Shown piece by piece: positions 1 to 13,100 of a stretch of DNA of 64,000 nucleotides. The DNA is from Antedon mediterranea (taxonomy: Eukaryota; Animalia; Echinodermata), in assembly GCF_964355755.1 (NCBI RefSeq), contig NC_092673.1:27029648-27093647 (forward strand), given 5' to 3'. The stretch's first letter is position 1; the number at the start of each line of letters is the position of its first letter. Position numbers and translations under genes: made by a program. The notes under the pieces are model-generated. The model saw only the letters and a program-made list of their open reading frames with translations. It had not been told where the DNA came from and did not search any database.

Positions 1-335
1 AATCCTTGCCATAATTGTATCTTTTTTACTACTGTACTTTTTATAACATCTCAGAATGTGTACATGATTATTCTGCCAGTGAAAATCAGTTTTTAATTCT
101 TTGTTATTTTTGCTTCAATTCATGATTCAATTTTATATTCTTCTACAGTGGGCGTTTTGATTTTTGCCCGTAATATGACACGCTATGTGTGCCAAAATGT
201 TTGTTTTTTTAGGGATATTAATCTGCCATCTAGGACCATAGAAATATTATACTTCACTATATAATATCTATTCTAGAACTTCAAACCAATAAATGGGTAC
301 TGGAAAAGACAAGAATAAAACAGCAGTTTAATTCG

Positions 336-481
336 AGGGCGGATCTAGCCGGTAGCGCTAAGACGCACTTCCCCCTTTTGACAGCTAAAATCAACTATGT
401 TTTGATATATGTTTTAGACGGACACCTAACTATTAATGTTAAGAATGAATTAATCATGTAGCGCTCCTAGATTCGCCCCTG
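336..481. mobile_element. Short MITE with GGGCGGATCTAG...CTAGATTCGCCCC termini (hAT-like)
   Basis: Imperfect terminal inverted repeats seen; the superfamily is inferred. Confidence 0.55.
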
Positions 482-710
482 TGCGTTACTAACGTTCAGC
501 CTAAAAAAGGAACCACTGGTGTAAATGGGTAGGCCTACTAGAAGGCCTCTTAAGATAATAAAATTCCTATTTGTTATGTTATTGTAGTGAATGATGTTTT
601 CATTTATTGATTTTTTATGTTTTTAATAGTGAAACAAACTAAATAAATGATGTTAAAAAATTTAATAAAATTTGAATCGTATTTTTTCATTGTACAATAT
701 CAACATAACA

Positions 711-1216
711 TTAAAGATGTATGAAACACACAAAATGAAGGTCAAAATATTCTAAATTTAAGTTATTCACTTAAGTCGAAAATTCGTGCCAAAAACAATT
801 TCAGAATTAACAGGTAAATTAGTTTGATTACATTTCGTCTGGAAAATCGTCACGAGCGAAAGTAAACAAAGATTTCAAATCACGAGTATGCAGTATGCAT
901 GATGCTAATTAGGATTGTTTACAACTCATCACGGTTGAGAAGGTGTTTTTCACACAGATTGCGAGGAAGTTTTATGATTATGCATACAGAGTAGCATTGC
1001 ATTATGAGATATGTTTTGATCGAAAACTTTGACTGGAAGTCAAAGTAATTTTTTGAACTAAAAAACGTCTGTATTTCAGTTAAATAATTTTTTTTTTCGA
1101 CCAATTTTTTTTTTTAAGTTAATAACTATTCTGATACTTCAAAATAACCCACTTTTTTTCGAAATCTTCTAATTTAAATTTTTTGGGAATTTGACAAAGG
1201 GACAATACATCTTTAA
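711..1216. mobile_element. Non-autonomous DNA transposon with TTAAAGATGTAT...ATACATCTTTAA ends (TTAA-flanked, Kolobok-like)
   Basis: Inverted termini; a closely similar copy lies in opposite orientation at 60579-61128 and a related end at about 52580-52600. Confidence 0.75.
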
Positions 1217-2283
1217 TATAATATCGCCCTCAACCAGTACAGTAATTATTATATCAAGCAATAATATATGCGTGTAAACATTCTCGATGTGAATTGAGTC
1301 ATATCAATATCATATGTATCTCCGTGTTCTTAAATATTAGGGACCACGTCAAATCTATTCTACTGCAGTTAATGCAGTAACTTGAGTTTGTTTAATGCCC
1401 TTGTGGATTGCCTCATAACCTCATCTACGTTGATACAAACTTATCATATGCCTACATTATTGCAGTAAACGTGGACTATTGTTGGCATGATTCCTTAATT
1501 CTTTATATATTAGATCTAAATCATTAATATGAATTCATGCCATGTAAAAATATTGTTGTTTATTATTATTATCCCTCATTAATGAGTGTCCTCCGTTTCC
1601 GTGTTGTTACCAAGGAAACTCAAACTATACAATGTCTGTTGCCACAGTCTGGGTAATAGGCAATGAATGTGAAGCCTAAATTCGATCAATATCAAATTTA
1701 TTACAAATATGGATTTTTCTACCGCACTTGAAAGATAGACGGTAAATGTGTATGACAAAGAATTTAAACATGTGGTACTGTATACACATTGTCATCAAGT
1801 AGCCCAGTTTACAAAAACTGGGCTACTTGATGACAATGTACCACTATACCTTCAATATTTTATTTATTTGTTTAATCTGGTGGCCATGACTGTAAGTTTT
1901 GCTCCAATCTTATTTTGGCCTCCTTCTGCACACTTTTATTTTACTAGTGTAATTTGTGTAAATGTTGTGTGTGTGCGCAGAGAAACAATAAAAACAAACA
2001 CACGTTTCCAGGTCGATTAAAACGCTTCGTGGATAACAACCCAGTTTAAACGTAAATGCTTTCGCCCTGTTGATTCATATTATGATCCATCAATTTTAGT
2101 GAGTCACATGTTGAGGGTGTGTAGGTAGGTACTACCAAGCTCTAAGGGCGTGTTACGTAAACTGATGTCTACCTACATGTCATAATAACTGGTAAAACAA
2201 ATGACAATCGCCTTTTGTTTAGTTTCAACAACAAACTAACGGTATTTAATTAATCGCTCATCCGAATAGTGTACAGTAGGCTT

Positions 2284-2532
2284 ATAAAACTGCTAAACCA
2301 GATCTGCTGGGGCGTCTCGCGCATAAAAACTGCTAAACCAGATCTGCTGGGGCGTCTCGCGCATAAAAACTACTAAACCAGATCTGCTGGGGCGTCTCGC
2401 GCATAAAAACTGCTAAACCAGATCTGCTGGGGCGTCTCGCGCATAAAAACTGCTAAACCAGATTTGCTGGGCGTCTCGCGCATAAAAACTGCTAAACCAG
2501 ATCTGCTGGGGCGTCTCGCGCATAAAAACTGC
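2284..2532. repeat. 40-bp tandem repeat, ~6 copies
   Basis: Unit ataaaaactgctaaaccagatctgctggggcgtctcgcgc. Confidence 0.95.
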
Positions 2533-5500
2533 TTATTTGTCTAGAATTATAGCAAATAACCAAAAACGTTTTACACTCGACTCTCTCATCCTAAACCGCA
2601 TTACCAAAAATCGCGCCGTTTGGAACATTTTTATTACATTTTGGCAATTTGTCCATTGACGCCAATTTCTTTGCGAGAAAAGCGTTTTTAGACTAATTTC
2701 ACGATCAGGTCCCAGAAAGGTCATCGTCAATTCACTAATTAGGGTGGACGGGAAACTTGTATTTATACTTTATATTACAAGACAGTATTATTAATATAAT
2801 TTGCATTTAAACGCAGCATCCTTGTTAACCATGACTTTTCGTGTTTTGCGTGCCCATCACCGCCAAAGTGTTTTTATTTAAAGATATAAAGACAACTAGA
2901 GTATGTGAGTATTTCAACATTCTCATTTTACATCGGAGACCGACTGATTTGTAGACGTATTATTCGTAAAATACACTATCGGTGAATTCGACTGTAAAGC
3001 AGTAGTATAAATTTACATGGAATTGTGTTAATAGCGCCACATATACCTTCCAAACGTTTTAATCCAGGTTTTCCGCTTGTAATTAAGTTGTGAATTATAT
3101 TTGAGCTTCATTTGAGTTAGTATGTAGGCGCATCGAACCGAAGGTAAAGACCCTGACCCTAGCCCTAAAGCCGTACCTTACCACAAAACAAGTTAAAGAA
3201 TATTTTATAAGCCAACCGAATTAAGCTGATCGTGAACATGGGTTTGAGAATATCTTCTTTGGGGCGACAGTATTAGGCTACTTCTGAAGTGACTTACTGG
3301 AATACCAGCCAACTTACAAACGTATTCAAAATATGAAAGACGGACTTGTTAAGTTAGATATAATAAAATAATATATGTAATATATATGGGGTCAAAATGA
3401 TGTCCCCTTAATAGGAGTGTTCCCTGAATATTAGTTGGTGGTATAGTTAAGACATGTGACTTTTCACGTTTCGGGAAAGTAGGCATAGTCCTATACCTTA
3501 ATTTTAATATGGGTGTCCACCTGAACAGAGGTTCCACTGATAACTTAAAGTAACCTTTAGGCCTATACGTTTGTTAACAAATATTGTACTGATGTAAAAG
3601 CGTTTCTTCTCCATTTGCATGTAAAAAACGCTGGGTTTAACATAATATAGCTTTATAGTGATAGTGATCTTAAAAGTACACGTATCAGCATTGCTTTAGA
3701 TTCTGTACCATTCAATACAAAACACCGATTTTGTTATACAAAGAAAATAACTCATTTTTATAGATACTTTGTCCCATTCCATCCACAATAGAGCTATTCA
3801 TTGTAAATACAAGTAACAACAATAATAATTGTCATACCTTCTTTGAAGTGTATAAAGCATTTTGTGTGAAACCATTTATATACCCCATGGTTGCCTGGTT
3901 AAAATAAACTAGATATTTCCAAAACGGGTTTTTACCGTTTGGCTGGAAATCATAGTATATGAATACGAATAATTTTAGATAGCAGAATCTGATCATTGGA
4001 AATCTGATTTCAAATATTCAAACCAAACATTTTAAGATAAACACTAAAGAGAAATATCATTGCTCGCGCCACACAAGAATAACATATTGAAATGTCTTCG
4101 AACTATAAAATACAATAACATAAGAATTTAAATAAGTTAAATATTGCATTCAGAAATATATATATATATATAACAAATTAATAATGAACTGGCCACATAC
4201 CAAATTATATTACCTTGTAGTAATAAATAAATGAATACAAAAGAAATGCGTTTACTTATCTACAAACGAAAGAAATGATTTTTTAACTTAATTAAATATT
4301 GTCTTATCAACTTTGTTCTTTCCTAACCCTTTTCAAACTGAATTATTATATTTCTATGATGATATATTTTATACATTATGTTTCAATAGAAAATATATTT
4401 GAATGTCAATTTTTTAAAAATAACGAGATGGAAGAAGAAACTATGCATTTGTTGATAAAAAAGAATTAAATTTTCCAACCACAAAATAGTATAAACGTAT
4501 TAGCACGTTGAACGTGGGTGAAATTTCGCCTTTTTAACTTCCAAGGTTAAGTTTTATTTTATTAGTAAACCAGTTCAATTGAGTAAACCACATCTTGTTC
4601 TTAGAAAGTTATTTATGTTTTGTTTTGGAGAATAAAACCTGCGGAATTATGTTGTGATGTATTGTAATTTTTATATATTTCGTGCAATGAATGCGGATAT
4701 ATATTTTATGTTACGAGTACAGTAATATAAAAGCATTTGCATAAGCCTAATGCATTTTACATCAATCGAATATAGGAATAAAAAAGAGGTTCATAAATAT
4801 TATCGACATGGAATTTGTTTACATCGTTGAAAAAATCAAGCCAAAATGTTTCAGTTTGAATAGAGAAAAAATAGTTAAATCACATACAGCCACATTATTT
4901 TATTTCTAAATAGATTTATATTTTGATACCTGCAGAACATTTAACTAATTTTTCAACTATTTTAAAATCTACTAAGCCGTTTAAAATGGATTTTTTAAAA
5001 CTAGTTTTCTAATATTTAAAACGTAACTCGACATAAATATACAAATTAAAAACACTATTGTCACAGTGTTCTAGATTCGATGAATATAATACAGAATCTA
5101 TTGTTTCTTTTCAAAATAAAACTGTGAGCAATACAATTGTTTCAGCAACAAATCATTTACAACTTTGTGCCTACTATTCTTCTGATAACTCAGCCTAAAG
5201 GAAAAGCACACTGTCAACAAGGGAACCCGCCGTACTTAAGTTTTTTTAACAAAGGTGTACAATTTGGCCCTTGTTCAACTTGACTCGAATTTGTTGAAGG
5301 ATAATTATAGTTTTATTGACCTCTTTACGTGCAAACAGGGTGTGTCATGTACACTTCACATGTTTAATCATGTTTTAATGACTTTGTAGTTAGAAAAATA
5401 ATATTACGAGTAAAATGTTTGCAAAGTTACCCCATTCTTCTCGTTTCTAAAGGCATACGTAAATAGAAATGATTTTAAAGACAATTTCTAAAATTTTAAA

Positions 5501-5594
5501 CAATTATTACTGTTCAACAAATATGTATACAAAAAGAAAACTCAGTATTAGTTACCCTAAAGTTGAAAATAATTTTGGCAGCTAAAATTATTGA

Positions 5595-5805
5595 TTGTCA
5601 TTTTTTCAGTGGATATTTTATTTTGTATCTCCATTGAGAGCCAGTCACTGATACCCACAGCATTGTCATTTTTTCAGTGGATATTTTATTTTGTATCTCC
5701 ATTGAGATACAGCCACTGATACCCACGGCATTGTCATTTTTTCAGTGCTTATTTTATTTTGTATCTCCATTGAGATCCAGCCACTGATACCCACAGCATT
5801 GTCAG
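5595..5805 (+). repeat. Dispersed ~60-bp satellite, ~3.5 copies
   Basis: Unit cattgtcattttttcagtgcttattttatttgtatctccattgagatccagccactgatacccacag. Confidence 0.9.
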
Positions 5806-7065
5806 TGGATATATAAATATGTTTCTGTACATTAGAACAATTTCTTAAATTGAAAGGAATTAAACAGTTGTTGTTACTAAAACTATTAGGTATCTTTTAA
5901 TAAATACGTAAAAACAGAAAGAAAACTCGATTTTAGTTGCCCGAAAATAATATTTTGTTTGGGAACCAATTGGAACTGATGTATTTCTTATTTTATTTTC
6001 CATAATTACATCAACAATAATTTTCATTTACTGATAGATACTTTACTGAAGATATTTTTATAATATACTGCTGACCCACTTTTGTGTACAGGTTAAATAA
6101 GTAACGTACACATTTTAAGTTTAGGCCCCCTAATCCGTTTTATAATATTAATTTTCCTAAATAATAATAGTTTTTTTGCCCGAAAATTGCATTTTGTTTT
6201 GGTACCACTGGTCTGTAACTGCTGTATTTGTTTTTCTGTATAATTACCGTTTTATTATATTATTTCTTCTGCACAAATGTCATAATTCTAAGGTTGCTTG
6301 TGATTTTACTTCGTTATTTACTTAAACTTCCACCTAAAGAAATATATGTTAGTTTTTAGATTATCACCCGGGCGGGCCAGAATTAATGTTTGTGGTGTTA
6401 AGTATACACTGTAAATGCAAAAATAAAATACGAGAAATAAGAACTGATTGATTACAAAGAAATGTATATATTCAAAATGACTATGTAACAAAATATTACA
6501 TAAAGGTGAATGAATCTCACAAAAGAGAAAACCAAAAAGTCCGCCTTTTTTATAATTTTTTTTTTCTAAATTAAAATTTTACCTGTATTCTGTTTATACA
6601 TTTTAAATTTAACCGGTTACTGGTGGTTCTAAAATTAAAAAAATATATATAAATAAATAGATTCACGATGTTTTTAAAATGCAGAAAATAAAATGTTATT
6701 TTAGATTGTATTTAGTTAAAATAATATTATGTAGAAGTATGACAAATATATCGATGAATTATTAATATGGTTATAAATGTATCTGGTGGGTTATGAATAA
6801 TAACAAATTAATAATTGTATTGTATTTGACATCACAATCATGACTCTCTGCTTGAGTGACTCCTCTGCCCTGTCAATAGTATTCGACAAGTATCTTTGGC
6901 GTGGTGTGAGACTCGAACAAACGAACGCCGCTTGCTTGCTTCCAATAGGTGCACTCAACCGTTGATTTGGGTACAATACCTTCTTGACTCATTTTAATAT
7001 GAATGGACCTTTTTATTATTTGTATAGAGGTAGTGTAAGCTAAGGTATCAGTCAGTTACTCGATC

Positions 7066-7134
7066 ATGGAGACTCGTACGTTAGCATTTGTGGTGCTCTG
7101 CTGTGGCTTAATATGCCCTGGAAATTTCTCACCG
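7066..7134 (+). CDS. First coding exon of the EBR1-like gene: signal peptide METRTLAFVVLCCGLICPGNFSP
   Basis: ATG in good context (atcATGG), hydrophobic core, GTAAGT donor at 7135; phase 0 matches the next exon at 10710. Confidence 0.75.
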
Positions 7135-10100
7135 GTAAGTTTGTATTATATTTAATATATTTTAATGGTGGTGAAATATAATAATAATTCTGCGTTAATT
7201 TTAAATGTGTTATCTAGAAAAAAAAACTTGGTGAATATTGATAACAGTTAGAATGTCTTTTAGGCCTTATGAAATAATTATCCTTGAGATATGTTCAATA
7301 AAAGTGGTTTTCCTTATTTTATCAACATTTTGAACGTTTTGACACAATTCTTGTTGATATTTTTCTAGTTCAATAGTCTTGTTTGAAAGACACTGTTATT
7401 TTAGACAATTTTAAGCTGTGGTTTTGAAAGTGAAAGTTTTGATTTTAAAAGTCTGTCTACATGTTGTTACTAATATACACATGTGGTCAGTTCATATAAT
7501 GGATACAATACAAGCATGGCCAAAATAGATTGCCTCAAAAAGTTTTGCATTTTCTAACACTTTCACACTAATGGAAATTACTGAAAACATGACAATGCTG
7601 TGGGTATCAGTGGCTGGATCTCAATGGTGATACAAAATAAAATAAGCACTGAAAAAAATACAATGATGTGGGTATCAGTGGCTGGATCTCAATGGAGATA
7701 CAAAATATAATAAGCAAAAAGTTAAATAAAAAAGTAAAACAGCCAGAAAGATGGTGCCAAACTTTTGCAAAACAAAGTAAATTTGTATTCATCCCACATA
7801 GGGAAACTAAATGAACACTATTTCTTCCATTATAATAGACTAGAAGATGAAACCCTTTCAAAGCACTTGGGTCTAATCTTATTTTAATCAAAACTATTGA
7901 TTCCAAATAACCAAAACCTTGAAATAAAAATAACCTTGAACTTCACCATTTTAGCAGTATTTTGATAATTTAAATATAGGCATACTCTGCCATACAAATT
8001 ATATATTTGGCAATGTGTATCTTAATGTTTTACATCACTTGTATCTTAATGTTTTGTCGTCTAAATGTTAATATGCTTACTTACTGCACTTTGGATTACC
8101 GTTCAATTGTGGCGGAATTAAAATCTCCGCAATGGAATTTGTAGAATAATGGGCGTTGGCAAACCCAATTTGTACTATAAGCCATCGTCGCCTTCTTAAG
8201 TAGGTTCTAACAAAACAGATTAATTGTCAATCTTGAGGATTAATAATGACATAGCATCCTCAGAACACTATAGATTACAAAGGAACTATTGTTTTAATTA
8301 TGGTGTGAGATTTCTTAAGAAGCTTGCACAACGTGTTGAGTTTCTACTTGTTCTAAAAGGAGAAGTTTAACAGTATGAAGTCTTCATGAAAGATTTTCCC
8401 TTATCAATGAAAATATTTTATGCATTTGGCTAATATTGTGTGTTTGCAGGAGAGAATACTGTCAAGAACTCAACACATATTCTAACACATGTTCCTGTTT
8501 ATCGGGTATAAATGATATACTTAAAAGATTCGTTATTTTCATATTTTAAGTTGCATGCTTTTACTGTACTTCAATATTAACCACCCAATATTTTTTTAGT
8601 TCCCTGTGGTATGCTTAAATGAATGCCTAGTTGCCCAAATATAATAGACTGAGATTTCAGGGAGTGTCAACCCTCGGATCAATTTTTAGCTTAGTCTTTC
8701 CAAGGTGTATGCACTTCCGTAACGGCACTTACTGGTTCCATTGTTAAAGAACCCTATTGTCATTCTTACAGTCAAATAGCTCTGTTAGCCTGTCATCGAC
8801 CACCAGAGTGAGCTAAGCGGGCGCGGTCTGGTACTGACATGCGGCGACAAATTAATAAATAATTAATCATATAGTAATAATAATAATATAATAATAATTT
8901 ATTAGGAAATGACACCTTTGCATCGGTGGCACACACAGAAGTGGTGCATCCAATTTAACATAATACATCAAAACAACACATTATATGACGGATACAGGTT
9001 CTTAAACTATTTGCAAAAATATAAAAGAAAAATCCTTATCAATATGGTAATACAGGTACTCTATTAAATTGTTCTACAGTATCATAGGTTTGAGTTGATA
9101 ATTTTAAAAGGTATATAAAAATAAACATAAAATATAGTAAAGAGTTTACATTACAAACCATTGTGTTTCAACATCAGGTACTGAAGACCTATAGTTGTTA
9201 TCACAGGTGTATAATATTTATTATTTTTAACCATAACAGAATTAAAAGACGTTTACTATATAATTTCAATATAACATTTCTGAACAGATTATTATTAGGC
9301 CTATTAATTTTATATTGAAACCATAACAGAACCATAGAATAACATTTCCATTTTGACAGTAGGCCCTGCAGTGGTTCTTCAGTGGAGAGTTTTAGCTTTA
9401 ATAACCGGCTTCGTATAAATGTTCAAATTAATTAACAATCGTTTATTGACTAAAACGAATCATGCAGAGGAAATAAACATTAGTTTACATTGTCTGTAAT
9501 GTGTACACCAACCTTGAATCTGTTTGCTATACTAATGATTTTGTATTGTGTTTTCTGAACTTCATATGAGTAATAATTACAATAGAATGGGCGTGTTTAT
9601 ATGACCCAATACTGCAGTGTTGTGTAGTGGTTTTGTATATTGACCGTAATGTGTCATAGTTTTAGTTGAACCGATTTTTTGGGGTTCTCCTATACCAAGT
9701 CACATCAATTACTTTTTTAGGAGGAAGAAGAGTACTTGCATGTCACCTTTAGGGGTTAGATTTATATTGAATAATAATCAACCATATTATCAGCATGTAA
9801 AAATGAGATTTATAAGGTTCCGCTCCCTTAGGATGAAATTTTCAACTTAAGTTCTAATTGTTCCGTTCAGTGCTTTGTGTAACAGAGAAGTAATAATTTT
9901 AAGCTGGCCCTCATTGTTACAAATTCGCCACATTTTTGGCTTCGTACCTTGAGCCTTCATGCACCTATTGTACTGGTGACTTTTGTTCTGTGTGGTTGAC
10001 TTCAATGACAGGATAAAATTCAGTTTATAGAGTAGAAGTAGGTGAAGATCAAACAACCCAATAATGAAGGCTAAATTTGTTTCCGACAATGCATTCATTC

Positions 10101-13100
10101 ATAATACATAAATACCTGACATATGGTACCAAGAATTCCATGCATGTGGCACGGGAATCGTACCACTTCCGTTCGGACTATAACAATCAAACATTCTTCA
10201 TGCCCTATTACTCTAGTAGGCCTACTGCTAGCCTAACATTTTTCCTTTGATGATGGAAGTGTTCCACAAAATACACCAAGGTATCTTTAGTTATAAAACA
10301 AAACAACTTAATTGCATAGCAGAGTTAGAACACCGAATTGCGAAAAAAAAAAGTTTACAAAGAGTCAACGCATTAAAAACTGACTTAAGCCTACAGTATG
10401 TCATGTTTTAATACTTATTTACACACAATTTTGTTTGTCTGTAAGATTCTATTCCTAAATATGAATAAATAGTGTTCGTACTGTGTGTCAGACACGACTT
10501 TGTTGAGTTACATTGTATGCTATACACATCATTTTTTTATGTTAGTATAATTAAGTAAAAATATTCCTAATTCAATTCAACGTAATAATGATGTAAACCC
10601 CTCTGAGATTATACTTACATAATAATACTTGATTTTTGCTGAGCAGTTTTGTCTAATATAAATTAAATACCCTATTAATAAGGAAATCCTCTGTTCTCTT
10701 ACGTAATAGTTACAACCTTTGCTGAGTGCTGAAGATGTTTCAAAGTATTATGAAGAAGGAAAGGGTAAGACCATACTTTGTATGCAAACAAGAAAGTAGC
10801 TTTGGTTACAAATCTTTCTAGCGTTTATCTTCATAAATAACTTTGTTTAAACAAACCGATTTTGTTTTAACAAAATCCATTATGTTTCAAATATTTTCAG
10901 CAAGATATGTTTTTAAGTGAAAAAAAAAGAATCGAGCTGTGAAGTTTGCGAGTCCAGTCATGAAAGAGATACTCGCTGAAGTTACACAATTTTAAACAAA
11001 ATCCGTTTTGTTTTTAAATAATAGGAACAGATTACGAAGTGGTCGGTGTTGATTCTGACCATGGCTCGAAACGATACAATTTTGAGGCCTTTGGGCGAGA
11101 TTTGTCGATGATCCTACACGCCGTTGATGATGGTTCTGGCAAACACGAATGTCACCATGAAGGAAAGTTGGTTGATGGCTCAGATGCAAGCATTGCCATT
11201 GACACCTGCCATGGCTTGGTAAGCTATCACCTCTATTTCCCAAAACGATTACATAATCCAATCAAGGCCTAACTAATAAGATTGGAAGACTTTCAGCATT
11301 AAATGTACAGTATTACTGGAAACTCAGCCTAAAACTGTGTCTACACTATCAAATTTTATGTGACAAAAAATGTGATGTGCCCATATATGGACATAATGAT
11401 ATCATATCAATACCATATTTGAGAGTGTCACTACCAAATTTGGTCATTTTTTTTTTGTCAAACTAGTTTGATAGTGTAGACAAAGTTTAAATAAAATATA
11501 CATCCGATTATCTGTAGGCCTACTGTTCTTCACGTTATGATGATATGGAGAAATTTTAATAGGCTACAAAAAATCAGCTATAATTATCCCTTCACAACAT
11601 GAAAAGTTAGAAAAATCTATTCCTGACGACAGTATATTTTCCTAAGGTAGAAACTTTTTCAGTTGTTTCATAATCATTAAAATTAATTTTCTGCTTTTTA
11701 ATTGTATTTGTGTTTTTCAGACTGGTTATATAAGTGTAAACGGTGAACAATACTTTATCGCTAAGCTTAGTAACGAGCATGCACGTAAGGTGATGACCGA
11801 CTTTGAAGACCCTCATATAGTCTTCAAAGGGAATCCATTGAACTCTGACATGAAATTGAGCAGGAATCGTCGTTCGATTACAAAAAGACCAGAACAAAAA
11901 TACGCTGAAGTTAATGTTTACGCTGATGTGGCTGTACTGTCTGAACAATTTCAAAGCGAAGTTGACAACTTGCTTGTGGTATGTCTTTATTTTACATCAC
12001 ATATTATGAGGTAGCCAATCCATTTTCAACAAAGACGAATAAAGCATGCATGTGTCAGGTGTTGCGGTAAAAATGTTTAGACCACCACCTTGAACTATCC
12101 ACTTTATATCACTTTGTTATCGATTTTTTTTCCATCTATCAAATTTTGGTTACGTCATGTAATAATTAACTTTTTTTCTGCAGGAAATCAAATCATATTT
12201 TGAAACTTTTACCACCATCGTTACCGATAATAGGCCCATAAACTTTAATTTTAGGCCCGTGGCAACTGTTACTTCGGTAAGTATTTTTAATTCATGTTAT
12301 GAATTTAGTTATGGTTTGTGAACATTCGCATGTTGATATTGATAGTTTTCGTAAATAAATACGTTAGGTATGTCAAATTAAAACAAAATTATATAAATAA
12401 ATACATAACAATAACAAAACACAAACAAAAAAATGGTATTGGTTTTACGTTCTTGGTGGATTGGATATATTATGTCAACGCGTTTTTAAGTCCAACGGTG
12501 ACGTGTTTTGCTTAATGCTTAACGAAACAACACATTTCGTATAATATTATAAGGGTTGGGGAACTTGGGGAAAACCGAGAGCAGTTGTTACGTAACAATT
12601 GTTTCGATATTTTTATAATGTGCTCTCAATGCTGTTTAGGTTGTACAAAATGCTGATGTTGATACCTACCTACAAAACTTCTGCAATTCTGTGGAGGATT
12701 CTGCTGATATCAGTCTTCTACTTACAAGGTAAATTTTATTATGAAAATTACTACTAGGCCCCCCTAGAGGCCTAGGCTAGGCCTACTAGCTAGTGTACTG
12801 ACTAGAGGGTGGTGACCGACTAAAGTAGGCCCTATGCACTACAGAGCCTCCACTTCGTGTTTAATATAAAATGCAAACAGAGTGCCTAGGGCTAGCCTAG
12901 TAGCTAGAGACAGGAGAAGTGCTATTATGATATGATGCTGCTCCTTGAAAACCTTATTTTATATAAATAACAGTATGTACTCATTCTCTGTTTCAGTTTG
13001 AATCTAACGTTTAATGGCAATGCAGGAATTACTGGAAAAGCTTCAGATTCAGACAACAAACGATGTGTAATTGCCGAATTTGGGGTCAATGTCACTTATG

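Noticed and set aside
2284-2532. CRISPR-like regular repeat (also 30571-31371 and 21390-22200)
   Set aside because: Head-to-tail units with no unique spacers, no cas genes, and a eukaryotic context.
8450-8505. Possible extra exon after tgtgtttgcAG in intron 1
   Set aside because: The donor is weak, the peptide is unrecognisable, and exons 7066-7134 and 10710-10764 already join in phase.
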